Of a DNA stretch of 64,000 nucleotides, positions 60,017-64,000 are shown in pieces (position 1 is the first letter of the stretch; the number at the start of each line of letters is the position of its first letter). Origin of the DNA: Somniosus microcephalus (Eukaryota). A program made the position numbers and the translations under genes. The stretch spans positions 171,554,001 through 171,618,000 of the forward strand of contig CM126202.1 of the NCBI GenBank assembly GCA_052327205.1. Direction: 5' to 3'. The notes under the pieces are model-generated. The model did not search any database. It saw nothing but the letters and a program-made list of their open reading frames with translations, and was not told the origin of the DNA.

Positions 60017-62657
60017 TGTAATGTCCGTGTGTAATTGAGACACGGACTGCAGAAGTTGGTTATAACAGGTGTTTACTGAATGGAGACAAAACTGGAACTA
60101 CTATACAAAGTTACTACACAGGCTTATATACAGGGGTGGTCACTACTGGTACTGCAGTATACAGGGGCTGCAGAATATAGTTCCTTCTTCAAGGTACATA
60201 CACTACAATTCCTCCCCTTTTAGCTAAATAGTACATAACATTCGATTAATAATTAAATAACATATTTACAATTACAGTTGCTAGATACATTAGCTGAAGT
60301 TAATCAATTATAAATTCAGTCTTTGAGGAGGCTTCCTGATTCTGTCCGGATAACGCCTCTTTGGGGTATCAGGTTCTTCTGGCAAAGTTGATTCGGGATC
60401 AACGTCGTTGTTTGGTTCGTCTGCTTCCAATATAACCGATTCTGAGGTAGATGCAATTGGTACTTCGGTTTCATCACCAGGTGTATAGGATCGTGGTGTA
60501 GATTTGACGTTTTCCAGTGACTCTAGAATCTGGTCAGCATGGCATCTTACAATGCTCTCTCCAACGTCCACGGTATACATTAGAGGTCCTTGCTGTGTGC
60601 AGATCGTTCCTGGCTGCCATTTCTCTGTGCGGTAGTCCCGGGTCAAAACTGGTTGACCTATCTTGAAGTATGTACAGATACAATTTCTGTATTTCCTTGC
60701 CGTTGTATTCGACAGGCACCCTTATTTTCCCTCTGGGGTATACTTTCTGCCCCGTATATGTCTTCAAGACAATCAATGGATGTGTCTTTCAAGGGTATGT
60801 GTGAGAATAGCCGCTCGTAGTCTCGTCGATTCATGACGGTCAGGGCTGATCCTGTATCCAATTCCATTTTGACTTGGGACCCTGCTATCGTGAGGGTGAC
60901 CCAAATGCTTCGGTGATCCTCTTTTGCGATTACGTTGTGTAGTTTGAGACAGCCTAGTCTCTTGTTCCCAGATTCACTATCGCTCTTCTGGTCTTCGGAA
61001 CTACTGTCCGTCATCTTTTGTACTTTCCTGTACTGTTCCTTAGTAGTCTTTTTGTTGTCGTTAGTCTTCTTCCCGGACCTGCAAACTCGTGCAATGTGTC
61101 CCATCTTTCCGCATTGCCTGCATGTTTTGTCCTTGGACCAGCAGTCCTTCTGGTCATGGGTTGTTCTGCCGCAGCGATAACATTTTTCAAATCCCCGTGT
61201 CATTTCATGGGTGCCGTATTCCTGTGGCTTTTGCTGTATTTCCGCAGCTCCCCTTGCTGCTGCTTCGTACGATACTGCCACGCTGAAAGCCTTATCTAGC
61301 GTCAGCTCTTTCTCTGAGAGTAACCTCTTCTGGGTTCCTTCACTCAGGAGTCCACAGACAAATTTGTCCCGTAGGGTATCTGCCAGTCCTGCTCCGAACT
61401 GGCAGTGCTTTGATAGCTTGCGTAGTTCTGTAAGGTAAATCAGCATTGCTCTCATCTTTATGCTGATTTCTCTTGTGGAATTTAAATCTTTCTGCTATCA
61501 GCAGCGGTGTAGGATTTAGGTGTTCCTGTAGGATATCAACAATTTCGTTAAAACTCTTCGCCATCGGTTTGACTGGAGTGATCAGGTTCCGCAATAGGCC
61601 GTACGTTCTTGCGCCCATTAAGTTTAGTAGTACCGATGCCTTTTTCTCATCGGCTACTTCATTTGCCTTGCAATATACTTCGACTCTTTCCGCATACGTG
61701 GTCCAGTCTTCTATTGCATTATCGAAGGCAGTGATATTGCCAGTCTTCGGTATCTTGGAGGTCTAAGATGGCGCCTCCCGCGCTTTGCCTTCTTCCCCGC
61801 TGGATTAAGATGGCGCCTCCCGCGCTTTCTGCCTTTTCAGCTGCTGCCAGCGCTGTTGCTGGCGTTTTTATGCCTTGATGGCGACGCCCTATGGTCTTCG
61901 CGCACTTCCCCCGCGCTGCTGCCAACGCCGCTCTCCGCGGTCCCCGTGGCAAACTGCAGCTCCTCGCGGCTTTCTGCGCTTCTAATTTATTTTTCTTTTA
62001 TTTTAATTACTGTTCCCATCGTCAGAGCAGACCCTATGGGACACTTCCCTCCCTCTTCTCGGGTCTGTACGCTGCCCGGCTTCGTAGCACCGGCCGTGCC
62101 CTGTGTGCTCCACCCTCTCTCTCTCTCTCTCCTCTTCCCGACAACGCTGCTCGGCCCCGTTGAAAAGCCACCCGATCGAGCTCTAGCCCGCCGCAGCCCA
62201 GGAAGGATCAGTGTACTACCTGCCACCAGCCCGATTAGCTGGAACACCATAGACTGGATAACCAAGCCCAGCTCTCGACAGCCTCTCCTGCAAATCTTCG
62301 AATTCGATGAATCAGAGGGCTGTTGCCCACGGTCGACGCCCGTTTCTTCTGTTTGTTTGTTTTTTTTTCTTTCTTTTTTTTGGATTTCTTCTTTCTGGCT
62401 TCGACCTCTAATAACTTCGCTAGGTGGTGCAGAACTGTAGGTAAGTTCGGATCTGTTCGTCGCCAATGTAATGTCCGTGTGTAATTGAGACACGGACTGC
62501 AGAAGTTGGTTATAACAGGTGTTTACTGAATGGAGACAAAACTGGAGCTACTATACAACGTTACTACACAGGCTTATATACAGGGGTGGTCACTACTGGT
62601 ACTGCAGTATACAGGGGCTGCAGAATATAGTTCCTTCTTCAAGGTACATACACTACA
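60017..62657 (-). mobile_element. Non-autonomous, internally deleted Gypsy (Mag-like) LTR element
   Basis: 191-bp LTRs at 60017-60207 and 62467-62657 (2 mismatches), TSD CTATC, PBS TGGCGACGAA, PPT AAAAGGGGAGGAA. Confidence 0.95.
60308..61753 (-). pseudogene. Gag-protease fused to the integrase C-terminus; RT, RNase H and integrase core deleted
   Basis: Start ATG changed to ATA (61751-61753), frameshifts near 61440 and 60775, two CCHC knuckles, DTGS, ends RRYPDRIRKPPQRLNL like the 11225 copy. Confidence 0.9.
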
Positions 62658-63497
62658 CTATCACCCCTGGAGGTGATTGGAGTGCTAAATCAGGCGCTTC
62701 ACACCTCTCAAGGCGCTAACGCCGAGGAGCGAGGCGCTACCTTAGAGCGCTGGCGAAGCTCATGTGATGTCAGTCAGCAATGGAACACAGACGCATTGGT
62801 GCCGGCCAGTTCTTAAAGGGGAGGGTCGATCTTGCTCTCCATCCACACCCTGCTCATTGCAGCCTTGAATCTTGGCCTGGAGAGACCTGTACATCAAATC
62901 TGCTGGAAAGAATAATAGAGAGGCCCAGGGAAAGAGCTCAGAGTGCAACCCCCACTGTCTCTTCTAAATCGATGCAAGGAAGGTCAAATCAAAATGAACC
63001 TACAAAGTGCTGCTCATTACCCAAAACTCCTTCACACAGCGTTGAATCTCTCCAGAAGTCTCTCTCTCTTTCTCAGAATGCGTGGTGCCAAAATGTCGCT
63101 GACAAAAAAAGGCAGGAAGAAGCCACCTTTAAATAGCGCTCCCCCAGTCCCTTCCCGACTGCAAAATGCTCCCCTCAACCTGTCGCTGCTAGCGGCAGGC
63201 GGAAAGGTAGGGGGCGCCACTCAACATCCGGTCCAGGGCACTCCCGGGGCGTTGCACGCTCAACTGACGTCTGGAAACTGTAACCAATCCCTATTATAGA
63301 CAATCCCTTCCATTGTGAAGCACTGAGCACAAGTGACCAGGAGGAGGGAGAGGAAAACCAAGCCATGCCTCACTGGAGGATAGGGAAACTACTGCCCTCT
63401 GCCGAGAAGCCTAGGGATCCTGATCTCAGGAACACAGTCTTCAAGAGAAAAATGATACAGAAGCATTGATCTCATATGCAAGTATCCATGTCTGTGG

Positions 63498-64000
63498 TGG
63501 AGATGGTGGCTAAGTTGGAGGAGTCCACCAATCAGTTTTGCAACATTATGCTGGAGGATTACATAGGATGGACAGCACAGAAACAGGCCATTCTGCCCAA
63601 CCAGTCCATGCCGGCATTTATACTCCACTCGAGCTTCCTCCCATCTTTGCTCATCTAACTCTATCAACATAACCCTCTATTCCCTTCTCCCTCATATGCT
63701 TATCTAACCTTCCCTTAAATGCATCTATACTATTTGCTTGAACCACTCCCTGTGGTAGCGAGTTCCACATTCACACCAATCTCTGGCAAAGAAGTTTCTT
63801 CTGAATTCCCTATTTGATTTCTTGGTGATTATCTTATATTGATGGACTCTAGTTTTGCTCTTCCCACAAGTGGAAACACTCTCTGTGTCTACTCTATCAA
63901 AACCTTTCGTAATTTTAAAGACCTCTATTAGGTCTCCCCTCAGCCTTCTTTTTTCAAGAGAAAAGAGACCCAGCCTGTTCATCCTTTCCCGATTGGAATA
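63498..64000 (-). mobile_element. CR1 LINE 3' end, running off the window
   Basis: ORF 63725..63982 RLGLFSLEKRRLRGDLIEVFKI. Confidence 0.85.

Larger units (their letters stand above)
59910..63280 (+). mobile_element. Deleted Harbinger derivative split by an LTR element
   Basis: TIR GGGGCAGAAATTCGG. 59910-60016 plus 62658-62940 are colinear with 56226-56600; 63080-63275 resembles the reverse of 35580-35770. Confidence 0.75.

Overview
Vertebrate genomic DNA, most likely a cartilaginous fish (shark), judged from the Deu-domain SINEs and the CR1, L2 and Penelope content. The only host gene I can support is the 3' end of Golgi alpha-mannosidase II (MAN2A1) on the minus strand. It has five GT-AG coding exons (53369-53510, 35099-35232, 26003-26200, 2351-2461, 1949-2101 with the stop codon) plus probable 3' UTR. 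The introns are largely nested mobile elements: a nearly intact Mag-like Gypsy LTR retrotransposon, a young internally deleted relative, many CR1/L2 LINEs, Deu-SINEs, a Penelope end with a hammerhead-type motif, two-gene PIF/Harbinger transposons, a Tc1/pogo-type MITE, and a probable Helitron 5' end next to a 500-N gap. The least explained signal is a family of about 800-bp non-coding Harbinger-ended elements (4 full copies, 1 partial). They carry a conserved array of five hairpins, promoter-like motifs and inward-facing consensus splice donors on both strands, and a second MITE family has its own hairpin array. All calls come from reading the sequence by eye; no database search was run, and exon numbers are recalled from human MAN2A1.
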